Shown: positions 18,875 to 28,300 of the stretch, piece after piece
Layout: each line of letters starts with the position of its first letter
Numbering within the stretch: the first letter of the stretch is position 1
Assembly (NCBI RefSeq): GCF_007741555.1
Contig: NZ_CP036526.1
Coordinates: 6,559,719-6,623,718, forward strand
Source: Stieleria marina
GTDB lineage: Bacteria > Planctomycetota > Planctomycetia > Pirellulales > Pirellulaceae
Length of the DNA: 64,000 nt
Reading direction: 5' to 3'
Notes under the pieces: model-generated
Database searches by the model: none
What the model was told of the DNA's origin: nothing
What the model saw: the letters and a program-made list of their open reading frames with translations, nothing else
Program-made: the position numbers and the translations under genes

Positions 18875-19932
18875 AGATGCTCGATCGCGTAGAGCAGATC
18901 GATATTCTTCCAATCCGCACCGACATGCCGGAACATGTTGATCAGCTGCGCGCGGTGATGGGTGCCATGCATTGCGAGTTGGTTAATCGAGACGCCGATG
19001 CGAAAATTAATCGGCGGTCCACCGAATTGCGCCGATACGACCCGCTGAGTTTCCTGTGCTGTCAGTTGGTCCAGGTATTCGCGGCGTTGCGTGGAAAGCG
19101 AATCCCAATCCTTGCGAAGCGTTGCAATGGTTACGTCGTCGCGAGACGTTGGATACGCCACGGAACTACCCTTCCATATTTCCGGCCACCATCGCTCGCC
19201 GTCGTACAGGTGAAGCAGGGTTTTGCGGATCGTTCCCGGCCCCATCTGAAAATCACGATCCAAAGACTCAGCAGGCAAATCAGCCGCGAAATCCAAAACC
19301 TGTCGTGTTGCCCAGTCGTGGTACTGAAACAATCGCTTCACGGCCGCATCGTCGTACGGGCACGGTTGGTCTGTCGCATCGCTTACGTCCAGACCGTAGC
19401 CTTTCAAGGCCATGACCGAATCGCAGGACTGTTTCACCGACGCAGTTGCCAGCCGGTAAAAAATGTAATCAACTCCGCCCACAAGCGTTCGGTCAAACTG
19501 CCTTAAGTAGTTCAGCGCCTGTGCACGGTGGTGAACGCCATGGCTGGCGACGTGCAACAACAGATCAGACAAGACGTGATCATAAGGCGTTTTCTTGCTG
19601 TCCTGGTAGGAAATCCGACGGGCGAAACTGTCACCACGGTTTTCGTCGATAAGCTCCCGTCGTTGTTCCGCCACGACGGCCAATGCACGACGCAGCGTGC
19701 CAACTGACATGCCTGCCGGATCCGTTGAAAACGGCCGCCATGGGACCTCTTGCCAACGCTCCATCCAAACTTGTTCGGCAGTCAGAATGTGAAAAAGTGT
19801 GGCTCGGAGTGTTCCAAAACCCATCTCGCGCGGCGTATCAAGTTGTTGATCCGTCAATCCATCGCAAAGCGTCAGCACTTTGTCATTGGCCCAATCGTTG
19901 TACGTGTATAGGTCGTCAATCAGAATGGACAT
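18871..19932 (-). CDS. DinB/YfiT-like (DinB_2 superfamily) protein with two tandem DinB domains
   Basis: Two halves each carry the four-helix-bundle metal-site signature (HGVHHRAQALNYL and HGTHHRAQLINMF) and a DinB-like N-terminus (YNDWANDKVL...). Its stop overlaps the stop of the convergent cytochrome gene by 4 nt. Confidence 0.65.
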   Translation of the reverse strand: MSILIDDLYTYNDWANDKVLTLCDGLTDQQLDTPREMGFGTLRATLFHILTAEQVWMERWQEVPWRPFSTDPAGMSVGTLRRALAVVAEQRRELIDENRGDSFARRISYQDSKKTPYDHVLSDLLLHVASHGVHHRAQALNYLRQFDRTLVGGVDYIFYRLATASVKQSCDSVMALKGYGLDVSDATDQPCPYDDAAVKRLFQYHDWATRQVLDFAADLPAESLDRDFQMGPGTIRKTLLHLYDGERWWPEIWKGSSVAYPTSRDDVTIATLRKDWDSLSTQRREYLDQLTAQETQRVVSAQFGGPPINFRIGVSINQLAMHGTHHRAQLINMFRHVGADWKNIDLLYAIEHL

Positions 19933-20014
19933 GAGTTTGGATCAGAGGAAGAACGCGAGAGAATTTTCCATTGCTTGGCAAGAAATGGCTTCTCAGGAAC
20001 TGAGAAGATTGCGT

Positions 20015-23000
20015 TTACCGTGCGTTGGGTTTTGTCATCATCAGTTTGTAAGTTCCCGCGCCAAGTAGATCTTCGACACGGCTGCGCATTTCAGGCGTGA
20101 CTTCGACCTTGTACTTGTCCGTTTTCATGTGCACGACTTCGCCTTCTTTCAGTTCCATGCTGAACAGCAAGGCCTGTTTGCCAGGGTAGCCACGCAGAAT
20201 TTCACGCAAACCACTGATCGTGGATTCATCGTGTGTGTGTTCATCCAGCAAAATACGCATGCCGTGCGTGTAACGAGTATCCAAGTCAGTCAGTGGAATC
20301 AACTCATCGACAATCAAGTTCGATTCATCACCACCGCGGCGGTCGACTTTTCCTTTTGCCAACACGACGGCATCGGGGATCACGTGCTGACCTTGCTCGG
20401 CAAACTGCCGCGGCCACAGAATGCAGCGGATGCTCCCCTGCATGTCTTCCAAATCAAAGTTCGCGTACTTTGATGGCGCGCCTGGTTTGGGATTCTTTGT
20501 GTGAGCAATTTTGATACTGCTCAGCATGCCGCCCAAAATCACTTCGCCGCGTTCTTTGACTTCGGCCAGTCCGTCGGTCGTGTTTGTTCGGAACGTTGCC
20601 AGTTTAGGCTCAAATTCGGCCAGAGGATGACTATCGAGGTAGAAGCCCAACACTTCTTTTTCGGCCAGAAGTTTTTCGCGGTCGGGCATTTCATCCATGT
20701 CAGGCAAAGGCGTCGGCGCCGAGTTGCCGGTCGCCGCTTCTTCTTCCTCCTCGAAAGCACCGAACAGGCTAGTTTGACCAGACTTTTTGTCGGCCTGTAC
20801 TGCCGCCCCCGACTGCAACGCGCGCTCGATTACCGCTAGAAGCTGGCTGCGTTTTGCGTCAAAACAATCCATTGCACCAGCTTTGATCAACGTTTCGATT
20901 GCCGCCCGATTACACGACGACGGGTCGACTCGTTCGCAAAAATCAAAGATGTCTTTGTAAGGCCCGTTCTTCTTGCGTTCTTCTTCGATCGTGATTGACG
21001 TCGAACCACCGCAGCCTTTGATCGCCGAGAGTGCAAAGTGAATTTTGCCTTCAGCCACCGAAAAATCTGCCTCGCTAGTATTCACCGATGGATGACATAC
21101 ATCGATTTCCATTCGGTCGCAGTCCTCCATGTGTTCGACCAACGCGTCTTTGCGTTTGAAGTTTCGGCCGGAGATATCGCTCGACAGCAACGCCGCCATG
21201 AACTCGACCGGATAGTGTGCCTTCAGATACGCCGTCTGAAACGCGACCAGAGCGTAGGCTGTCGAGTGTGATTTATTGAAACCGTAACCAGCAAACTTGA
21301 CAATCAAGTTCCAGATATCATTGGCGTCTTTTTCGGCCAAGCCGTTTTCGATCGCACCTTTGATAAACGCTTCGTAGTTTTGGTCGATCAGTGCCTGCTT
21401 CTTTTTACTAATCGCCTTAATACAAGTGTACGCATTGGACAGCGGGATCTTGCCAAGTTTGTTCAGTATCCGCATCACCTGTTCTTGGTAAACCATCACC
21501 GAGTTGGTTTCTTCGCAAACCTCTTTCAGCACGGGGTGCTTGTACTCGGGCTGCTGTCGACCGTGCTTGATATTCACATAGTCGTCGACCATGCCGCCTT
21601 CCAACGGCCCCGGTCGATACAGCGCGGCCGTCGCGATGATGTCGGAGAAATGGTCCGGTTTCATCCGCGTCAGCAAGTCACGAATACCGCCTGATTCCAA
21701 CTGGAACACGCCCTTCGTTTCGCCACGCTGCAACAAGGCATACGACGCTTTGTCATCCAGGGGAAACTTCAACGGGTCAACGATTTTGCCTGTCGTCTGC
21801 TCAATCAATTTCACCGTTCGGCTCATGATCGTCAGGTTGCGTAGACCCAAAAAGTCCATCTTCAGCAATCCCGATGCTTCCACATCGTTCATTGCCCACT
21901 GCGTGATCACATCTTGCTTGCCCGGCACGCGGCCCAGCGGGACATACTCTGTCAGCGGTTTGTCAGCGATCACAACCGCGGCCGCGTGTGTGCCGACGTT
22001 TCGCGCAAGACCTTCGATTTTCATTGCTAGGTCCAGCAGCTCTTTGATCTCCGGATCACCATCGTAAGTCATCTTCAGGTCGGCACTTTTGTCGAGCGCC
22101 TTGGTGATCGTGATTTTCAACTCGTCCGGGATCATCTCGGTGATTTGGTTGACCCGCCCAAGCGGAATCCCCAGCGCGCGGCCGGTGTCTTTGATCGCCG
22201 CTTTGGCTGCCAAAGTTCCAAACGTCCCGATCTGGCAAACCATTTCGCTGCCGTACCGTTCTTTTACATAATCGATCACTTCGATACGACGCTCTTTTTC
22301 AAAGTCGATATCGATATCAGGCGGCTCGGTGCGGTTTTCGTCCAGGAACCGTTCAAACAGCAGGTCGTATTTCAGCGGACAAACGTGAGACATGTAAAGC
22401 GCAAAACAAACGATCGCGCCGACACCACTACCACGAGCCGTTGCCGAGATTCCTTGTCGCCGAGCGTGTAATACGAAGTCCCAAACGATCAGAAAATAGG
22501 TGGGGTAGCCGAGCGTATCGATCACTCCCAACTCGCGTTCCAACCTAGCCATCACCTCTTCGCTCAGTTCGCCGTCTTCTGCCCAGCGATCAGGTACATC
22601 TTGGTAGCGATCTTTGAGCCCCATGATGCAAAGTTCGCGCAGATATTGCAGCGGCGTCTTTTCATCGGGGCATTCAAAATCGGGGAAGTAGTAAGTGCCC
22701 AACTGGATATCGATGTCGACCGTGTCCGCGATCTCTTGGCTACGTGCAACAGCGTGTTCCAGTCCAGGGAACTTGTCGTACATCTCATCTGGACTGCGCA
22801 AGAAGAACTGGTCGTTCTCCATCTTCATTCGCGATGTATCGGTGCGAAAACGTCCCGTGTTAATACAAAGCATGATGTCTTGGGCATCGGCGTCGCTTTG
22901 ATTGACGTAGTGGCAATCGCTGGTTGCAACCAACGGCAGCCCCATGCGATTGGCGATATCGACAGCACCATCCAACTGCATTTTTTGGATGTCGATACCG

Positions 23001-23644
23001 TTGTTCATGATTTCGATGAAGTAACGATCACCGAAAACCTTGTGGAACCAGCCAGCAACATCACGCGCCTGTTTTTCGACTTCAGCTGTGTCCGTTCCCT
23101 GCATCACGATGCGGCTGAATTCGCTACTGACACAACCCGACAAACAGATAATGCCTTCGCTGTGCGCTTCCAGAATCTCTTTGTCGATTCGCGGCTTATA
23201 GTAAAACCCTTCCAGCGAAGCAGCACTGGCCAGTTTGATCAGATTTTTGAAACCCGTGTGATTTTTGGCCAATAGCGTCAAGTGATAGCTGGCGTCCTTG
23301 GACCGTCCCGCGCCACCTTTATCAAAACGGCTGCCCGGTGCGATGTAGGCTTCGTAACCGATAATCGGATTGATGTTGGCCGCTTTTGCTTTGCGATAAA
23401 ACTCCAACGCACCGTGCAGGTTGCCGTGATCGGTTAGCGCGAGCGCACTCATGCCGTGATCGACTGCGCGGTTGACCAATTTGCCAATGTCCCCCGCTCC
23501 ATCCAACAAGCTGTAGTGGCTGTGACAGTGAAGGTGAGTGAACGGGCGGACCTGCGTTTCGCTGGACGGGTCTTGGGCCCCTTGGGTTTCGATCGTTGCA
23601 ACGGCTGCGTCTGACATAGCAATTCGATTTTGGTATCGTGACAA
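20015..23644 (-). CDS. dnaE: DNA polymerase III alpha subunit
   Basis: PHP domain FTHLHCHSHYSLLDG at the N-terminus, polymerase core motifs (KMDFLGLRNLT, fingers/palm region) and an OB fold near the C-terminus. ~1200 aa. A start 27 nt downstream (MSDAAV, ATG at 23617) is equally possible. Confidence 0.92.
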   Translation of the reverse strand: MSRYQNRIAMSDAAVATIETQGAQDPSSETQVRPFTHLHCHSHYSLLDGAGDIGKLVNRAVDHGMSALALTDHGNLHGALEFYRKAKAANINPIIGYEAYIAPGSRFDKGGAGRSKDASYHLTLLAKNHTGFKNLIKLASAASLEGFYYKPRIDKEILEAHSEGIICLSGCVSSEFSRIVMQGTDTAEVEKQARDVAGWFHKVFGDRYFIEIMNNGIDIQKMQLDGAVDIANRMGLPLVATSDCHYVNQSDADAQDIMLCINTGRFRTDTSRMKMENDQFFLRSPDEMYDKFPGLEHAVARSQEIADTVDIDIQLGTYYFPDFECPDEKTPLQYLRELCIMGLKDRYQDVPDRWAEDGELSEEVMARLERELGVIDTLGYPTYFLIVWDFVLHARRQGISATARGSGVGAIVCFALYMSHVCPLKYDLLFERFLDENRTEPPDIDIDFEKERRIEVIDYVKERYGSEMVCQIGTFGTLAAKAAIKDTGRALGIPLGRVNQITEMIPDELKITITKALDKSADLKMTYDGDPEIKELLDLAMKIEGLARNVGTHAAAVVIADKPLTEYVPLGRVPGKQDVITQWAMNDVEASGLLKMDFLGLRNLTIMSRTVKLIEQTTGKIVDPLKFPLDDKASYALLQRGETKGVFQLESGGIRDLLTRMKPDHFSDIIATAALYRPGPLEGGMVDDYVNIKHGRQQPEYKHPVLKEVCEETNSVMVYQEQVMRILNKLGKIPLSNAYTCIKAISKKKQALIDQNYEAFIKGAIENGLAEKDANDIWNLIVKFAGYGFNKSHSTAYALVAFQTAYLKAHYPVEFMAALLSSDISGRNFKRKDALVEHMEDCDRMEIDVCHPSVNTSEADFSVAEGKIHFALSAIKGCGGSTSITIEEERKKNGPYKDIFDFCERVDPSSCNRAAIETLIKAGAMDCFDAKRSQLLAVIERALQSGAAVQADKKSGQTSLFGAFEEEEEAATGNSAPTPLPDMDEMPDREKLLAEKEVLGFYLDSHPLAEFEPKLATFRTNTTDGLAEVKERGEVILGGMLSSIKIAHTKNPKPGAPSKYANFDLEDMQGSIRCILWPRQFAEQGQHVIPDAVVLAKGKVDRRGGDESNLIVDELIPLTDLDTRYTHGMRILLDEHTHDESTISGLREILRGYPGKQALLFSMELKEGEVVHMKTDKYKVEVTPEMRSRVEDLLGAGTYKLMMTKPNAR

Positions 23645-23810
23645 AGAGATCTGATTTCATCAGACTAGCGAACTTGGCGACGATGGGCGACCACCAATTT
23701 TTTCGCCAACCAGGCGCCTCAATTAATATGGGTCGCGGCGAACGTGATACGATAAATGGGCCGCGTAGACGCTTTTTTGCTTCCCAACTCTTGGCACCGG
23801 AAGGCCCCCC

Positions 23811-25301
23811 ATGGTCAATTCGACGGGCGATGTTCGAGAAGTCTATTTGGCCCTCGATCAGGGAACGCATTCATCGCGGGCGATTCTTATTGACAACGAC
23901 TCCAACACGTTGGCGAAGTTCCAGATTCCCGTCGGCATTACGTACCCCGACAGCGTTTCAGCGGAGCAAGACGCCGATGAAATTCTGCAAAGCGTCATCG
24001 CTGGTATTCAGCTGGCTCTTTGCAAAGCCAAAGAGAATCACTGGCACATCCGCGCCGCCGGTCTAGCCACCCAGCGAAGTAGCGTCGTGGCTTGGAATCG
24101 CGAAACGGGCGAGATCCTGTCGCCGGTCATCAGCTGGCAAGATCGCCGCGCCCACGAACAAGTGGAAACGCTTCGCCAACACGCTCACGAAATTCGTCAG
24201 CGGACAGGGCTGCCGCTGACGCCGCACTACGGAGCCAGCAAAATTCGCTGGCTGCTAGATCACCGCGTGCCGGTTCAGCAGTGTGAACCTGAAGTCCTAG
24301 GGATCGGACCGCTCGCCAGTTTTCTAGTTGCCAAATTAACGCAGCATGACGCCAAGAAACTAGCCACCGAAAAACTCTCGCGGTACTTGGTTGACCACAC
24401 CAATGCCTTGCGGACACAGCTGATGAATCTGCAGGAACTGGATTGGGACCCGCGTTTGCTGGAACTGTTTGGTGTAAGCAATGTCGTGCTGCCAACCTGC
24501 GTGCCCGTCATACACGACTACGGCAATCTGTCAGACACAACCATTCCGTTGACGGTCGTGTCCGGCGACCAGACTGCAGCCATGTTTGGTCAGGGTGCGT
24601 TTCCCGACCAGACGGCGTTAGTCAATCTGGGCACCGGAGCTTTTGTATTGACGCAAACCAAGCCAGACGAATCGATCGACGAAGCTCTGTTAGGTGGACT
24701 TTCGCTGAGCGACGATCAGTCATGCCAGTATCTGTCCGAAGGAACTGTCAACGGTTGCGGCGCCGCGACGGCATGGGCGATGGAGCAACTGGGCCTAAAG
24801 GACGAAGATCGCCAGCACTTTGATCACTGGCTCAGTGAATTTTCATCACCACCGATCTTCGTCAATTTAGTAGGCGGCGTCGGTTCGCCGTGGTGGATCG
24901 AGCAAGGCGATTCGTACTGGTGCGACCAAGATGGTCAACCGATTTCACCCCAGGAAGTTTCGCCGCGTGCGGCGATGGTTGCGGTTCTGGAAAGCATCGC
25001 ATTTTTGGTTTACGAGAATCTTCGCCGCATGATGCGGCATCAAACCATCACGGACCTTCGCGTTTCAGGCGGGCTGTCTCAATTGGATGGAATCTGTCAT
25101 CGCCTAGCGAATTTATCCCAATGCCGAGTGACACGATCCGCGGATATCGAAGCGACGGCCAGCGGTGTGGTGTGGTTGGCGGCAGGACGTCCCGAAACTT
25201 GGCACGATGAAAGTGATGACACTCTTTTCGTTCCGTCATTAGATGACGAACTCGCAAACCGATACAGTGTTTTGGTGTCGCAGCTCGAAAAAATTCATTA
25301 A
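23811..25301 (+). CDS. FGGY-family carbohydrate kinase (glycerol/xylulose kinase-like)
   Basis: N-terminal YLALDQGTHSSRAILID (FGGY_N) and a C-terminal FGGY_C region (SGG... motif VSGGLSQLDGICHRLANL). Divergent from dnaE. Confidence 0.7.
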   Translation: MVNSTGDVREVYLALDQGTHSSRAILIDNDSNTLAKFQIPVGITYPDSVSAEQDADEILQSVIAGIQLALCKAKENHWHIRAAGLATQRSSVVAWNRETGEILSPVISWQDRRAHEQVETLRQHAHEIRQRTGLPLTPHYGASKIRWLLDHRVPVQQCEPEVLGIGPLASFLVAKLTQHDAKKLATEKLSRYLVDHTNALRTQLMNLQELDWDPRLLELFGVSNVVLPTCVPVIHDYGNLSDTTIPLTVVSGDQTAAMFGQGAFPDQTALVNLGTGAFVLTQTKPDESIDEALLGGLSLSDDQSCQYLSEGTVNGCGAATAWAMEQLGLKDEDRQHFDHWLSEFSSPPIFVNLVGGVGSPWWIEQGDSYWCDQDGQPISPQEVSPRAAMVAVLESIAFLVYENLRRMMRHQTITDLRVSGGLSQLDGICHRLANLSQCRVTRSADIEATASGVVWLAAGRPETWHDESDDTLFVPSLDDELANRYSVLVSQLEKIH

Positions 25302-25387
25302 GCCCGCCCCGCTGGAGCGGACTGCACTGTCGGTACTAATTAACGGCGAATTCGATTCGCCTCAAAAGTGCATCGTCAGACAAAGTC

Positions 25388-28300
25388 CTATGCCTTCTCG
25401 TCGCCAGCCGAATTGAATTCGTCTTCGATCTGGTTGTACGTGGACAACATATTGTCGAGTTGTTCGCCCAGTTTGCTCAAGTCACGACCGTTGTCGATGG
25501 ATTCGGCCAGGATCGGTCGTAGCCATTCTTGCATGAGGTGGAATTGACCTTTGATTAGATCGGCTAGCACTCGAGGAACTTTGTGTTGGACAAAGACTTT
25601 CTGATCCGGCGGAGTCGCTTGGTGGTTGCTAATCGCTTCGAGCTGTTTGCTAGTTGCGCCCAGCGTTTCAGCCAGTTGATTGCCGCTGACCGACAGTGTT
25701 TGACGAATGCTGTCGATCCGTGCGTCCATACGTTCCTCCGCACCGTCGTTTTGCATCGCAATGGCTTTGCTGATGACTTGGCGAATGCTCTCCAAACCGT
25801 CTCGCATCGATGCGAGCTGCCGCATCAACTGGCCGGCTTGGTCCTCGCTGTCCATGCCTTGCATCCGCACACTTTCGACGAATGAATACTTGATACTGTC
25901 CCAACGTTCTTTCTCTTCGACCGACAGGATGCCCATCAATTCCTTGAATTTCAGCACGTTGGCCTCGTTATCGGTCGTCAGTGTCTGAGCGTCTTGTTCG
26001 TAGGCGCTGACGATCAAACTTTGTAGTTCCTGTTCGTTCATGACGCTTGCGACCTTTTCGGCCATGCGATTCATGTTTCGATACGAACCCTGAAGCTTGA
26101 ACGGTGGCTCGGTGCGGTAAGCGTCGGCTTGCGCGGCACTACGAATGTAGGCGCGGTTGACTCGCAGCACGACATCTCGGATGCGAAGCAGCTTTCGCAT
26201 CACTTCGTACATCTCACGGACTTCGTCCATGGAAATATTGCTTTGCAGTTCAATGCCTTCGATGCTGTCACGCTGTGCGGCACGAATGATCGCTCGAGCG
26301 TCTTCGGGCGGCGCGGTTCCCAGAGGTGCCAATGTTCCGTTGCTGGTCAGACAGTTTTCCAAGTAACTCATCTCAAACGCGTCAGCACTATCGCCGATGA
26401 TCTCGCCCAGGTTGTAGACGTCGGCACGGTTGGACAGCATGTCGGGAATCTGGAACCGTTCGCCCGATTCGGTGTACGGATTGCCCGCCATCACGACCGC
26501 GACACGTCGACCGCGAAGGTCATATGTTCGCGTCTTGCCGTTGCGCACGCCTTCAATCTTTCGCGTTGCATCACAAAGCGAGATGAATTTCTGCAGCAAC
26601 TCGGGATTAGTATGCTGAATGTCGTCCAAGTACAGCATCACGTTGTCGCCCATTTCCAAGGCGAGGTTCAGTCGTTCGATTTCTTCGCGAGCCGCCGCAT
26701 TGGGTGCTTCCGCCGGATCCAGCGACGTGACACCGTGACCGATGGCGGGCCCGTTGATCTTCATGAACACAACGCCCAAACGATTGGCGATGTACTCCAT
26801 CAGTGTGGTCTTGCCGTATCCCGGAGGCGAAATCAGCAGCAACAATCCCATGCGGTCGGTGCGTTTGTCTTCGCCAGCCGATCCCATCTGTTTGGCCAAG
26901 TTGTCACCGATCATCGGCAAGTAGACTTCGTCAAGCAATTGGTTGCGAACAAAACTGGTCAGCACACGCGGCTTGAATTCTTCCAGTCGCATGTCGTCGC
27001 GAGCGGTGTCGACGATGCGAGTCTTTGTTTCTTGCAGGCGACGGAAACGAGGCACGACGTCACCGCGATAGCTGCGAACGCGTCTGAGCATTTCGTGGTA
27101 GTGAACCCCAAGGGTTCCCTTGACGATTCGATCGTGGCTGCCTGCGATGTCCGAGAGCTTTTCAGCAACGGTCGCGTCTGTAGTGCGGAACGATTCGTTG
27201 CCGCCCGATAGAATGACCCATGCCAATTCGTCAACGTAGTTCACCGCTGGGTCGGCTTCGTCGCTCTGGTCATGCGTGTCGATAAAGGCGACGGCCCAGT
27301 TGCGTGCCAGGATGAAGGCTCGAACAGGATCGGACTCGGACGTTTTCAGTGCGGCAGTGAGCAGCTTTTGGCGTTCGTCGGCAGGAATGCTCTCAGCGAA
27401 TTCCTCGAACAGTGCCGCAGCGCGACCACTGGCGACCGTTTTCTTGGGTGCGTGCGTGAGCTGGTCGAAAAGGTAGTCAGCGATGCGATGAGCAGAAACT
27501 TCGTTGGCACCTTGTGACCCGCTGCCGCTCCCCAGGGACTCTTGCGATTCTGACAGCGACGGTGAAGTACCCGTAGCGAGTGCCCGCGTCTGACGTGTGT
27601 CGAAAAGGGGCTGCCATTGATCTGATTGTGCGTCGGCTAGATCGATCAGTCTGGTCCGGAACTCGATAGCTGGCTGTGCATTGGGGTAGGCCTTAGCCAG
27701 TTTTGCGAAGCCGCCGATCCAATCGGTCATCGCCTTGCGGCTCTTGGCATCCAACAATTTGGTGAACCACAGGTTCGCCGCGGCGCGCACGCTGGGTGCG
27801 TGACGCAAAAGATCGATCGATGAATCGAACTGGAGCAAGGAACCCAGAATCGCTGCGGTGTCATGATCGTGGACGCCCTTCGAGTAGCCTTCGTCGAATC
27901 GGCCGCTGATCTGCGTCTGCACCCATGAAGATGTCGTCGCCTCGGGAAAGGCGATCTCGCCGGCCTTGATCTGCTCGAACAAATCCACGGCCAAATACTC
28001 AGCGCGATAAACGTTCTTGTTTTCGCTGATCAGTTCTTGATTCCAAAGATCTTTACTAGACGTCAGTGCTTCGTCGACAAGCGGTTCGAAGAACTGCGTC
28101 CCGGTCAGGTGCATGCACATTTCGCCGCCACGCAGGACGGTCGTTAGATCCAAAGGCTGTGTATTGACGGAGAAACGGTGCTTGCCCAATCGAATCACGT
28201 CGCCGCCATCTTCGTACAGATCTTGGCGGTCCTTCAGCTGACGCGTGGCATCTTCGCGAACGGTTTTCAACCGGCTTTGCAAATCACCGACGCGGACGGC

